This document shows, one piece after another, positions 42,960 to 53,330 of a stretch of 64,000 bases of DNA. The DNA lies in contig CM000207.1 of the NCBI GenBank assembly GCA_000002445.1, positions 704,001-768,000 of the forward strand. Reading direction: 5' to 3'. The stretch is from Trypanosoma brucei (Eukaryota). The notes below the pieces were generated by a model. That model was not told the origin of the DNA, ran no database searches, and saw only the letters and a program-made list of their open reading frames with translations. The translations under genes and the position numbers were made by a program. How positions within the stretch are numbered: position 1 is the stretch's first letter; the number at the start of each line of letters is the position of its first letter.

Positions 42960-45068
42960 ATGGGGGGATGTGTGATTTCCGTCATGGACTACATGAACAA
43001 TCGCTCTGAGGTTGAGAATGAGCATGTGAAAAAATTTCGTGCGCTTGGCAAGGTTGCTGTCCCTGTGCCCGGCAGCGAAACTTCTGATTGCTCTCCCATC
43101 TACCGTCTCGTAACTGACGACGGCAAAGATATTGAAGAGGTGCGGCGGGAGTGGTACGAGGGTGAGTGCCTTCCGCAGCGCTTCGCAGCCCTTTGCAAGC
43201 GTCAACCCAAGCAGCGTGCCCTTGCCTACCGCCCAGTGGATCGGGTAGAAAAGGCTGTAATTAAGGATCTGCACACGGGAACAGAGAAGACAGTGAACGT
43301 AACACATTTCAAGGAGACGAAATACCTTGACTACGGCACCTTCTGGGACTACATCGAGTCGTTTGGGCGAGGTCTCGTGGAGTTGGGTATTTCACCAAAC
43401 TCCCGAGTCGCCATATACGAGGAGACGCGGTGGGAGTGGTTGGCAACAATTTACGGTATCTGGTCGCAGAATATGGTTGCCACCACAGTGTACGCCAATC
43501 TTGGCGAAGATGCGCTCGCGTATGCCCTCCGGGAAACAGGCTGCAAGGGGATCATTTGCAATGCGAAGAATGTGAGTGTTGTTATTAAATTCATGAGTGA
43601 AGGCATCACACCTTCCGCACCCATCATCTACAATGGGAGCCTTCCTGCCTCTGTCGACCAGGAGGCCTGCCATCTCGTATCGTGGGAGGAAGTTGTGAAA
43701 CTTGGTCGTGAGGCCCGTGACCGGCTTCCGTTGAACAACTCTGGAAGGGCAGATGACCTTGCTCTCATCATGTATACGAGTGGTACGACGGGGGACCCCA
43801 AAGGTGTCATTCACACACATGGCTCACTGATGTCGGGAGTTCATGCACTTGACCACAGGCTGAACGAGGTAATGGGTTGCCATGTTAAAGGGGAAACATA
43901 CTGCGCTTACCTGCCTCTTGCCCACATTTTGGAGTTAGGAGTCGTTAACATCTTCATTGCCCGCGGTGCACTGATATGCTTTGGAAGCCCCTTTACACTG
44001 ACTGACCTCACTGCAAGGCCCCGTGGTGACCTAGCAGAGTACAATCCATCACTTTTAATTGGCGTACCGCGCATATACGATACGCTGAAGAAGGCAATTC
44101 AGGCGAAACTGCCGGCTCCTGGCACGTTCAAGCGTCGTGCTTTTGACCATGCCTTCCAGAGCCGCTTGCGTGCCTTTAAGGATGGCAAAGATTCGCCGTA
44201 CTGGGATGCGAAGGTGTTTGCAGCTACCCGTGCCGTTTTGGGGAAGGGAATACGAATTGCTTTGTCCGGCGGAGGCCCTCTGAGTACAGCCACACAAGAT
44301 TTTGTTAATGTGGTTCTGGCTCGCACGATTCAAGGTTGGGGCCTCACGGAGACGGTGTGTGTCGGAGGTGTTCAGTTTACAGGCGATATTGAAACCGGTG
44401 CTGTTGGACCCCCGCTGCTATCGGAGGAAGTGAAACTACTGGACGTGGAAGGATACAAACACACCGATGAGCCCGATCCTCGTGGGGAAATTCTTCTGCG
44501 TGGTCCATTCCTCTTCAAAGGGTACTACAAGCAGGAAGAACTAACCAAGGAGGTGCTTGATGAAGATGGTTGGTTTCATACGGGTGACGTTGGCAGCATC
44601 GACCCCAATGGAACCCTTCGCATCATTGGCCGCGTGAAGGCCTTGGCAAAGAATGTTCTTGGAGAGTATGTTGCCATGGAAGCTTTGGAATCCATGTATG
44701 CACACAACTCGCTGAGCATGCCCAACGGTGTTTGTGTCCTCGTGCATCCTGACAGACCGTACATTTGTGCGCTTGTTCTTACTGATGAAGCGAAGGTTGT
44801 TGCGTTCACGAGGGAGCATGGATTGAAAGGTAAATACCCTGAAGTTCTGCAGGACCCCGAGTTTCAGAAGAAGGCTACAGCATCATTTCAGGAGACGGCT
44901 CGTGCATCTGATCGACAGAAGTTTGAGATTGTACGTCACGTACGCCTACTGAGTGATGAGTGGACTCCTGAAAATGGTGCGCTGACGGCTGTGGGAAAAC
45001 TGAAGCGACGCGTCATCGATGAGAGGTACACTGATATCATAGCACCACTTTTCGTGGAGGAGTGCTGA
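42960..45068 (+). CDS. ACS3: long-chain fatty acyl-CoA synthetase; N-terminus MGGCVIS
   Basis: The track ORF starts at TTG 42942; the first ATG at 42960 gives MGGCVISVMDYMNN. Canonical acyl-CoA synthetase motifs are present. It is about 95% identical to ACS4. Confidence 0.8.
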   Translation: MGGCVISVMDYMNNRSEVENEHVKKFRALGKVAVPVPGSETSDCSPIYRLVTDDGKDIEEVRREWYEGECLPQRFAALCKRQPKQRALAYRPVDRVEKAVIKDLHTGTEKTVNVTHFKETKYLDYGTFWDYIESFGRGLVELGISPNSRVAIYEETRWEWLATIYGIWSQNMVATTVYANLGEDALAYALRETGCKGIICNAKNVSVVIKFMSEGITPSAPIIYNGSLPASVDQEACHLVSWEEVVKLGREARDRLPLNNSGRADDLALIMYTSGTTGDPKGVIHTHGSLMSGVHALDHRLNEVMGCHVKGETYCAYLPLAHILELGVVNIFIARGALICFGSPFTLTDLTARPRGDLAEYNPSLLIGVPRIYDTLKKAIQAKLPAPGTFKRRAFDHAFQSRLRAFKDGKDSPYWDAKVFAATRAVLGKGIRIALSGGGPLSTATQDFVNVVLARTIQGWGLTETVCVGGVQFTGDIETGAVGPPLLSEEVKLLDVEGYKHTDEPDPRGEILLRGPFLFKGYYKQEELTKEVLDEDGWFHTGDVGSIDPNGTLRIIGRVKALAKNVLGEYVAMEALESMYAHNSLSMPNGVCVLVHPDRPYICALVLTDEAKVVAFTREHGLKGKYPEVLQDPEFQKKATASFQETARASDRQKFEIVRHVRLLSDEWTPENGALTAVGKLKRRVIDERYTDIIAPLFVEEC

Positions 45069-46110
45069 TGAATGGTGCGGATCTCCATGGGGCGGTCTAT
45101 TAATTGTGTTTGTGATGTTAATCAGTTCCTATTGTCCATCTGAATTGTCCTCTCTACACGTTCCATTATCTGTTTTCCGTCGGTCCAACTTCTTGATGCT
45201 GGTGGCGACAGCTTGCACGACAGGTTGTAAGCGTTAAGGCATGCAGGGTTGGTTTTGCAGCACGGGGGAGGGTATTGAAATACGTAATTTTTCCTAGTTG
45301 ATACATTTGATTACACTTGGTTTTGTTGTAGTGACTCTGTTTATTGCTTTGGCTGTGCTTGTTATATTGTGCAGACAACACGGTGTGCAAGTCGAGAAAC
45401 CCAAGTTACACCTGTATGCTCGTTTTCACGGGGTTGTGTATGCGTGAGTGCTATTTATTGGGTAACAGAGTCACCCTGCTGTTGCCTTTTTTCTTCCGCT
45501 TCGGGTGTTGGGGATTCTTCTTTTATCATTATTATTGTTATCCTCTTTTTTACTTGTTTTTAATTTTTGGCTTACGGTCAGGAGATTACTTACCCCCCTC
45601 CCCATCCAGTGGTTTTCCACATTGTCTAACTCACCGTAGGCCTTAGGCGCTTTGACATGATTTTCCATTCGCCCCTCCTGTGCACTTATGTCCGCGTCCC
45701 GTTACTTCTCACTCGTGCACTGTGCCTCGGTGCGATTCTTCCATTGTTTGTTTTTATTGACTACAAGTTTTTGTGGAAGGTTTCTTATAACATAAGCAAC
45801 TTAGGAATCACTGAGACGCATTGGCACACATTTCCCACCGCATCCCTCCCCTTGCTGTAGTCTTGTGTTGTTACGAGTGCCAGATGTTTGACCATCCAAT
45901 ATGTACGACAATGACATCTGACCGCGGCACGTACGGGATCTGAAGGGGATTATCATGACAGCTGCAACCCGTAAATGTATGCTCGCTGATCCTGGTGCGC
46001 GTGTCTGTATGTGTGTAGGTTGCGCATCCTCAATAGTTACGAACCTTCATATTTCCCATTTCTTGTCATCTCGCGAGCACAAACCCTGGAGGCCACAGGT
46101 TAACCGCGTA

Positions 46111-46200
46111 CCTGTTATTGCTTTTTTCCTCTGTTTTCCTTCTGTTCTTCCTATCTTCGTCACGCCCCTCCTCATTTCTCTATCTTGCTTGCTACGATAG
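46111..46200 (+). promoter_or_regulatory. polypyrimidine tract plus AG upstream of ACS4
   Basis: A copy of 42612 to 42701 at +3499 (one c to t change). Confidence 0.4.
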
Positions 46201-46458
46201 CCATACCAAAAGACTGTAAAGCACAACCGCTCTGCAACAAGCACTAAGGGAAGAAAGACAGGTGATTGTGGATACGGTTGAACCTGAAGGGAAGGGAAGC
46301 AATCGGGACAGCAGTGGTGCGCGCCACGTGTGTTTGTGGGAGGAAGGCTTGTTAAGGTTGGCGAAATCATCTTAAAAGCCACCATTCACACCCAGTAAGT
46401 ATTGTACTTCATAGGAAGCCTTTGCTTTTAAGATCCGATATTGAGAAGTGGGGGCACC

Positions 46459-48567
46459 ATGGGGGGATGTGTGATTTCCGTCATGGACTACATGAACAAT
46501 CGCTCTGAGGTTGAGAATGAGCATGTGAAAAAATTTCGTGCGCTTGGCAAGGTTGCTGTCCCTGTGCCCGGCAGCGAAACTTCTGATTGCTCTCCCATCT
46601 ACCGTCTCGTAACTGACGACGGCAAAGATATTGAAGAGGTGCGGCGGGAGTGGTACGAGGGTGAGTGCCTTCCGCAGCGCTTCGCAGCCCTTTGCAAGCG
46701 TCAACCCAAGCAGCGTGCCCTTGCCTACCGCCCAGTGGATCGGGTAGAAAAGGCTGTAATTAAGGATCTGCACACGGGAACAGAAAAGATGATGAACGTA
46801 ACACATTTCAAGGAGACGAAATACCTTGACTACGGCACCTTCTGGGACTACATCGAGTCGTTTGGGCGAGGTCTCGTGGAGTTGGGTATTTCACCAAGCT
46901 CCCGAGTCGCCATATACGAGGAGACGCGGTGGGAGTGGTTGGCAACAATTTACGGTATCTGGTCGCAGAATATGGTTGCCACCACAGTGTACGCCAATCT
47001 TGGGGAAGATGCGCTCGCGTATGCCCTCCGGGAAACAGGCTGCAAGGGGATCATTTGCAATGCGAAGAATGTGAGTGTTGTTATTAAATTCATGAGTGAA
47101 GGCATCACACCTTCCGCACCCATCATCTACAATGGGAGCCTTCCTGCCTCTGTCGACCAGGAGGCCTGCCATCTCGTATCGTGGGAGGAAGTTGTGAAAC
47201 TTGGTCGTGAGGCCCGTGACCGGCTTCCGTTGAACAACTCTGGAAGGGCAGATGACCTTGCTCTCATCATGTATACGAGTGGTACGACGGGGGACCCCAA
47301 AGGTGTCATTCACACACATGGCTCACTGATGTCGGGAGTTCATGCACTTGACCACAGGCTGAATGCTGTAATGGGACCGTTGCGGGATGGAGAAACTTAC
47401 CTGTCTTACCTGCCTCTTGCCCACATTTTGGAGTTAGGAGTGCTAAGCGTATTCATTGCCCGCGGTGCACTGATATGCTTTGGAAGCCCCTTTACACTGA
47501 CTGACCTCACTGCAAGGCCCCGTGGTGACCTAGCAGAGTACAATCCATCACTTTTAATTGGCGTACCGCGCATATACGATACGCTGAAGAAGGCAATTCA
47601 GGCGAAACTGCCGGCTCCTGGCACGTTCAAGCGTCGTGCTTTTGACCATGCCTTCCAGAGCCGCTTGCGTGCCTTTAAGGATGGCAAAGATTCGCCGTAC
47701 TGGGATGCGAAGGTGTTTGCAGCTACCCGTGCCGTTTTGGGGAAGAATATGTACATGGTTTTGTCCGGCGGAGGCCCTCTGAGTACAGCCACACAAGATT
47801 TCCTCAATGTTGCAGTCGTTCGTATAATTCAAGGTTGGGGCCTCACGGAGACGGTGTGTGTCGGAGGTGTTCAACTTACAGGCGATATTGAAACCGGTGC
47901 TGTTGGACCCCCGCTGCTATCGGAGGAAGTGAAACTACTGGACGTGGAAGGATACAAACACACCGATGAGCCCGATCCTCGTGGGGAAATTCTTCTGCGT
48001 GGTCCATTCCTCTTCAAAGGGTACTACAAGCAGGAAGAACTAACCAAGGAGGCAATAGATGAGGATGGTTGGTTTCATACGGGTGACGTTGGCAGCATCG
48101 GCCCCAATGGAACCCTTCGCATCATTGGCCGCGTGAAGGCCTTGGCAAAGAATGTTCTTGGAGAGTATGTTGCCATGGAGACGTTGGAATCCATGTATGC
48201 ACACAACTCGCTGAGCATGCCCAACGGTGTTTGTGTCCTCGTGCATCCTGACAGACCGTACATTTGTGCGCTTGTTCTTACTGATGAAGCGAAGGTTGTT
48301 GCGTTCACGAGGGAGCACGGATTGAAAGGTAAATACCCTGAAGTTCTGCAGGACCCCGAGTTTCAGAAGAAGGCTACAGCATCATTTCAGGAGACGGCTC
48401 GTGCATCTGATCGACAGAAGTTTGAGATTGTACGTCACGTACGCCTACTGAGTGATGAGTGGACTCCTGAAAATGGTGTGCTGACGGCCGCAGGCAAACT
48501 GAAGCGACGCGTCATCGATGAGAAGTACACTGATACTATTGTGTCACTTTTCGTGGAGGAGTGCTGA
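46459..48567 (+). CDS. ACS4: long-chain fatty acyl-CoA synthetase; N-terminus MGGCVIS
   Basis: The first ATG is at 46459 (track TTG at 46441). Differences from ACS3 are clustered (NEVMGCHVKGETYCAYLPLAHILELGVVNIFIARG versus NAVMGPLRDGETYLSYLPLAHILELGVLSVFIARG; GKGIRIAL versus GKNMYMVL; FVNVVLARTIQGW versus FLNVAVVRIIQGW). The C-terminal 28 aa match ACS2 rather than ACS3. Confidence 0.8.
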   Translation: MGGCVISVMDYMNNRSEVENEHVKKFRALGKVAVPVPGSETSDCSPIYRLVTDDGKDIEEVRREWYEGECLPQRFAALCKRQPKQRALAYRPVDRVEKAVIKDLHTGTEKMMNVTHFKETKYLDYGTFWDYIESFGRGLVELGISPSSRVAIYEETRWEWLATIYGIWSQNMVATTVYANLGEDALAYALRETGCKGIICNAKNVSVVIKFMSEGITPSAPIIYNGSLPASVDQEACHLVSWEEVVKLGREARDRLPLNNSGRADDLALIMYTSGTTGDPKGVIHTHGSLMSGVHALDHRLNAVMGPLRDGETYLSYLPLAHILELGVLSVFIARGALICFGSPFTLTDLTARPRGDLAEYNPSLLIGVPRIYDTLKKAIQAKLPAPGTFKRRAFDHAFQSRLRAFKDGKDSPYWDAKVFAATRAVLGKNMYMVLSGGGPLSTATQDFLNVAVVRIIQGWGLTETVCVGGVQLTGDIETGAVGPPLLSEEVKLLDVEGYKHTDEPDPRGEILLRGPFLFKGYYKQEELTKEAIDEDGWFHTGDVGSIGPNGTLRIIGRVKALAKNVLGEYVAMETLESMYAHNSLSMPNGVCVLVHPDRPYICALVLTDEAKVVAFTREHGLKGKYPEVLQDPEFQKKATASFQETARASDRQKFEIVRHVRLLSDEWTPENGVLTAAGKLKRRVIDEKYTDTIVSLFVEEC

Positions 48568-48572
48568 TGAAT

Positions 48573-48573
<1 letters not shown>

Positions 48574-48634
<61 letters not shown>

Positions 48635-48641
48635 CGTGTGT
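48574..48641. repeat. (TG)n microsatellite, about 28 perfect units plus an imperfect tail
   Basis: gtgtgtgtgt...cgtgcgtgtg immediately 3' of the ACS4 stop. It sits where the corresponding ACS2 and ACS3 3' flanks read tgcggatctccatgggg. Confidence 0.9.
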
Positions 48642-49841
48642 TTATTTATTTTATCATTTATCTTTGGATTTCTTTGCCTTCTGGCTTTTTGTGGTTAACA
48701 TGTAAGTTTACTGCTCTAATATCTTACATTTTAAGTATACTTTCCTAGTCTGTTTTTTTTTTGTCCTGGCAGCATTCTTATTCGGTGCCCTTATGGTTGT
48801 TAAAGTTTGGGAAGAGGAATAGGCGAAAATCTTTTGTTCACCGTAGTCACTTTATATTCAGTTGAGGAAATCGTCGCATCACCACAAATTCTCATTTTTT
48901 GTTTAACCTTGATAACCCCACCTTGTTGTCGTGGTACGTTAAAACATGTGTTTTCAATGTTTTGTTCAGGGTCGTTGCCTTTGAGAGGTGAGCCTGTACA
49001 TTTGTTGCTTGTGGGCGAATGACTGATGCTGTTGTTTTCTATATATTGGCAAACAAACGGTTTCTTCTGCATGTGCTGTGCTCTTTTCTATTACTTCTAC
49101 TGTTTGGATGTGTGTGAAGGGTTGTTTCTTCTTTTCGTTGTTGTTTTTGTCTGTGGCGCAGTCGACAGGAGGGGCTTGGTGGAAGCCGTTTTGTTTTTTT
49201 GCCTGTGAACCCTCCGCCGTTTTGTTGGTAATTGTTTTCCTTTTTTTGTGGCGTGCAGTCTGCCCGTTATTATAATTGTGACCGAGGCTTTGTCTTAACG
49301 GGCTTGCAAGTATTAGTGGAGTTTCTATTTAATGCTTCCCCCCGTTTGTTCTGTGACGATGTTTTGCCACTGTTTGTAATTAATTTCATTAACGTGAGAT
49401 CGTCTGCCTTCTTTGTGTTTTCACTTGCATGCGGCAGTGTCCGTGCTTATGATTTTGAGGCGCGCAAGGTTGTGCATTTAATGTCATTCCTTTTTTTTTT
49501 TAAACGTCGCCACCTTTCCCCGTCCTGTAACGTGTTGTCTTTCTGCAGGGTGATTAGTTATAGCTGAGCAGACGACCCTGTTTCTCAGCTGTCAAGCATC
49601 AAGGCGGAAGGAGTAGAAGCCCTTTCATTGAACAGACACGCTGCGGTGGGAGATCATTCGTTCACTGCCATATTTTTTGCTCCTATAGATTTACCCCTTC
49701 GCTTGTCTTTGCGTGCTAACGCAAGCACAGCGCTGTTGGGGGTGGGGGAGCAAGTAGTGAGAGGACTGCGGAATAATACCAGAGAAGGCGCAACAGAGGA
49801 GCACCGGGCCCATCGAAAGGTGACAACCCCAAACGATAGGA

Positions 49842-50957
49842 ATGCTTTCGACGGTTTGTGGTTCCGGAGCTGCAACTATGAACAATGGCCGGCAGAAGAA
49901 AGTTGATCATTCACGAGGACTTGATTTCTATTTGCCACCTCCAGACGATCGCGAATACCGGCGGGGGAGAATACAGCGGCTACGCGACCAAATAACCGCA
50001 TGGAAGGATCCAAGTCGACCATTTTCTGTCTCCGGCCCCAATTCTATGTTGGGGACGAAGGAGTTCAAGTGGCTGTCAACCCAAAGGAGTTGCTCTTCCG
50101 GACGCACGGCGAACAGCTGCGGCGCAGCCGCCGGAGGTGCAACAGGGTCGAAGTGCGGGAAGGCAGCACCACAACAACCGGATAATGTGTATTTCCATGA
50201 CCACATTGTTTTCTGTGTGCCCTCAGGTAAGGGTCAAACCGAGTCACGTGGTGGGGCTGACGGAATGTGTTATGGTGTTACTACGAACAAGGAAAGCATG
50301 GCTGAGTGTGAACAAGGCCTTCAGCAGACCCATGTTGGACAGCGGTCGGTGTCCACGCGCAGCATTGGGGCGAACTCTGTTGGCATTTCAAGAGCCGATG
50401 GCGACAAGCAAGGGACAATGCGTTCTGATTATCGTTCATGTGCAACTTCTCCAACACCCGTGGCCACCCTTCAAAGCATCAAGGCACAAAGCGTCGATCT
50501 CGCCTCCTCTGTTCATGAGGCTCGGATGCAATGCAGACAGGGGGACTTCCCTACACCCCATAGTTCCCAACAACAACTATTCATGCGCACAATGGAACTT
50601 CCAATTGATTGGGGGGAGTACACACGTAACTCGAAGGGCACCACTTGTGCGTCGCGTGGTGATCAATCCGTTCCAAAGTTCGATACGATTCATTCGTGCG
50701 GGCCTGATGTGAGTTCCGTCTGTTTTGTGAACACTTTTACGGGAAGTAATGCATCTTCTCTCGGATTGGAAGGCCGAGCTACAGGAATAAAAGGGGAGAG
50801 CACTCTTAGATCTGCCGCAACACTGCATAACAACGCCCGCCGGCCGTTGCGCCTTTACTCCATTCAGTTGAAGGATTTTCATCCAAGCAGGACATCGACT
50901 ATCACCCCCGGCGCGGATGCACCGCGGAACGGCATACGCGTAAAACTGAAATCATAA
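49842..50957 (+). CDS. hypothetical protein (371 aa), Ser/Thr/Gly-rich
   Basis: ORF from an ATG in the same orientation as neighbours. Low complexity; no motif recognised. An overlapping +2-frame ORF (50137 to 50712) makes the call uncertain. Confidence 0.3.
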   Translation: MLSTVCGSGAATMNNGRQKKVDHSRGLDFYLPPPDDREYRRGRIQRLRDQITAWKDPSRPFSVSGPNSMLGTKEFKWLSTQRSCSSGRTANSCGAAAGGATGSKCGKAAPQQPDNVYFHDHIVFCVPSGKGQTESRGGADGMCYGVTTNKESMAECEQGLQQTHVGQRSVSTRSIGANSVGISRADGDKQGTMRSDYRSCATSPTPVATLQSIKAQSVDLASSVHEARMQCRQGDFPTPHSSQQQLFMRTMELPIDWGEYTRNSKGTTCASRGDQSVPKFDTIHSCGPDVSSVCFVNTFTGSNASSLGLEGRATGIKGESTLRSAATLHNNARRPLRLYSIQLKDFHPSRTSTITPGADAPRNGIRVKLKS

Positions 50958-52000
50958 TCTCCAGTCGTGTCTAACTGAGGAAATAAATGTGGTAGGCGAA
51001 GGCTGACAATACGGATGCAAGGTTGGGTAAGTAGATGGTATGAGAGGTGCGAGATGGGCGATGTAAATAAAATTTATTTAGTGATGTACGCAGTTGTGTG
51101 TGTGTATGCGTCTGTGTGCGGGCGTAGGCTGAGATCCCTTTGACGTGGCCATACCAAAAATATCCTCATAGCCTACCTTTGTATATGCTCCTATGGGTGT
51201 GCGTTGTATAAATGTATATTCATTTCCCATTCCTTTCTTTGATGCGATTTGAGTTACCCGTCGTCGTGATCAAGCACGTGCCACGTGTAACTTGGATTTA
51301 CCTAGACGGCAGTCTTTATAACCCAACAGATGGGAGAGCGTTGCACCTTTCTTTGACCACAGTTGAGTTTTTGTAGACTTGCCACAATTTCACCCCCTTT
51401 TTATTGTGACTAGTTTGGGTCATTTAAACTCCTTATTCACGGGATTATATATATATATATATATAATTCTTGTATTACGCAAGGGCACGTCCATTTGTGC
51501 AAGCGGCAATCATTGGCGCCCAGTGCTCCCTCTTTTTTTTCTACGGCGATTGTGAGGGAGTGTGAGGCTCGTATCCTCGTTCATTTTCTTTTATTAACTC
51601 AAACACGTATAGGCAACCAAATGATCCGCACGTATGAGAGCACTAATATCTCTGTTGCATGTCAGCTCGCCAATCCCGTTGTTGTGCTTTGCTTCTTTCC
51701 ACATTCTCTTCAACTTTCGTTTTTGTTGTTTCTTCCTCATTTCTACTTCTCGCACGTAAATGCAAATCTGCTCTCCACTTACTCAATTTAGTTTGTGGAA
51801 TATAAAAGTCCCGAAGGGCCTTTGCTGGTGAAGCACAGGAGGTCCAAGGGAAGAAGAAGAAGTTTGAGACGAGGAATTAGTCACACGTGCAGGAAAAAAA
51901 AAATTGACACTCAAAACATTGAGTGGACAGCTTAGTAGGTGATAGTAGAAGTTGACGGAGGTGTGCTTGCCCTCGTTATAACCGGCAGTGATATATTCAT

Positions 52001-52753
52001 ATGGCACACTGTTGCTTTCTCATCTATCCCCTTGCCAAAGTTGCGGATGAATCATTTCTACAACTACTGTTTGATGACTCAGTTAAGCGCTCTGCGTTTC
52101 TCGGGTATCCTCCCCGTCGTTTCGCCATAGTGGAGCTTGAAGAAAGTCAAAACGAGGCTGTTTTGCGCGCAATCGGGGCAAGAGATGACGATGGCCGCGT
52201 GGAGGCGCGTGAAGATAACGCTGATACACCGTTTGTGGATCTCTTCACACGCACTGGAGCGAAAAAAGGGACGGATCGTAATGAGCCAATAGGACTTCGG
52301 ATGGGCTGTATTCCCCACTTGTCCCAGGTTCGGTTTCGTAGGACGTATTTGCGGGTGATCGTGAGCCCGGTTACCATTGATGAGTTATTTGGTTGTGTTC
52401 AGAAGGATTCTAATCATGTCAAAAAGGAAAAGCGGTCACTGAAAAGGTCGCGTCACACTGATGAGGATGCGGGACCGTGGGTCCCTCGGTGGCCCGTTGC
52501 GAATGGCGATCCAACACTAGCTGGTAGAGTTGAGGTGGTTTCCATGACAGGTGCTTCTCGTGCTGGTTTGAGTGGTGACCCGGAGGACGAAAGGTATCGT
52601 GAACCCTACGCTGAATGTAGTGGTGGTCCTGTTTGTAATATGAGTCCACCCAAAACCTTTTTATCTGACGATAGTGCTGGTGACGCGGCTGGGCGCCGTG
52701 CGCTTGATGTCAGTGTGCAGAATCTCATTAGAGAGTTGGGGTTCGATAAATAA
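52001..52753 (+). CDS. hypothetical protein (250 aa), acidic
   Basis: ORF from an ATG; no recognisable domain. Confidence 0.3.
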   Translation: MAHCCFLIYPLAKVADESFLQLLFDDSVKRSAFLGYPPRRFAIVELEESQNEAVLRAIGARDDDGRVEAREDNADTPFVDLFTRTGAKKGTDRNEPIGLRMGCIPHLSQVRFRRTYLRVIVSPVTIDELFGCVQKDSNHVKKEKRSLKRSRHTDEDAGPWVPRWPVANGDPTLAGRVEVVSMTGASRAGLSGDPEDERYREPYAECSGGPVCNMSPPKTFLSDDSAGDAAGRRALDVSVQNLIRELGFDK

Positions 52754-53330
52754 AGTAAGTGTGGCGTAATTTATGCCACTGTGAGTTACGTGAGGATAAT
52801 CTCCCCTTTGATTTGAAGGAGGATATAGGACCAATTGTGCGCTGCTGTAATACGTTCTCGACCTTGCTGAACACGTAATGGGGAGGGTGGGAAAGTATTA
52901 TAACAGTTTTTTCTTTGCTTTTTTGCTATCCCACGTACTTGTGAGCTGCACCAGTAGACTCTGAGTGGTGCTGATTGTTTTGGTGTTGCACACTCGCTAT
53001 TTGTCTTGCTTTCCACACGCACCTCTCTTCATGTGAAACAATCCTGACTTCTTTCCAATTTATTCTCTAACAAAGTGTTGTCGACTCGACAAGGTGTTGC
53101 TCTTGTCGCCGCGAGCTCGAAGGGGACACGGGTTGTAACGACGGGGAGGACCTCGTTGGCACGTGTGAGAGAGGCTTGTTTCTTCATTTCGTCGGCCGTT
53201 GCCCCCCCCCCCCCCCCCAGGAGTGTACGGTTGGTTTTTGCTCAGTTGAAGTCGACGTACGGTACCAAACAGCCACTAGACTGGCATTTGTGGTTCTGGT
53301 TGCAAACAAGGAAGGGAGGACGAGGGCAAA

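Larger units (their letters stand above)
40930..48579 (+). repeat. tandem ~3.5-kb ACS repeat (about 2.2 units: 3' part of ACS2 with intergenic, ACS3 with intergenic, ACS4)
   Basis: Offsets are 3506 (41562 to 45068) and 3499 (42942 to 46441, 41870 to 45369). The intergenic ORFs 41870 to 42064 and 45369 to 45563, and 42456 to 42701 and 45955 to 46200, have identical translations. Homology stops 12 nt after the ACS4 stop codon, at a (TG)n tract. Confidence 0.85.

Noticed and set aside
50137-50712. 191-aa ORF in an alternative frame inside the 49842 to 50957 ORF
   Set aside because: It is shorter and begins internally. It is kept only as a caveat lowering confidence in the 371-aa call.
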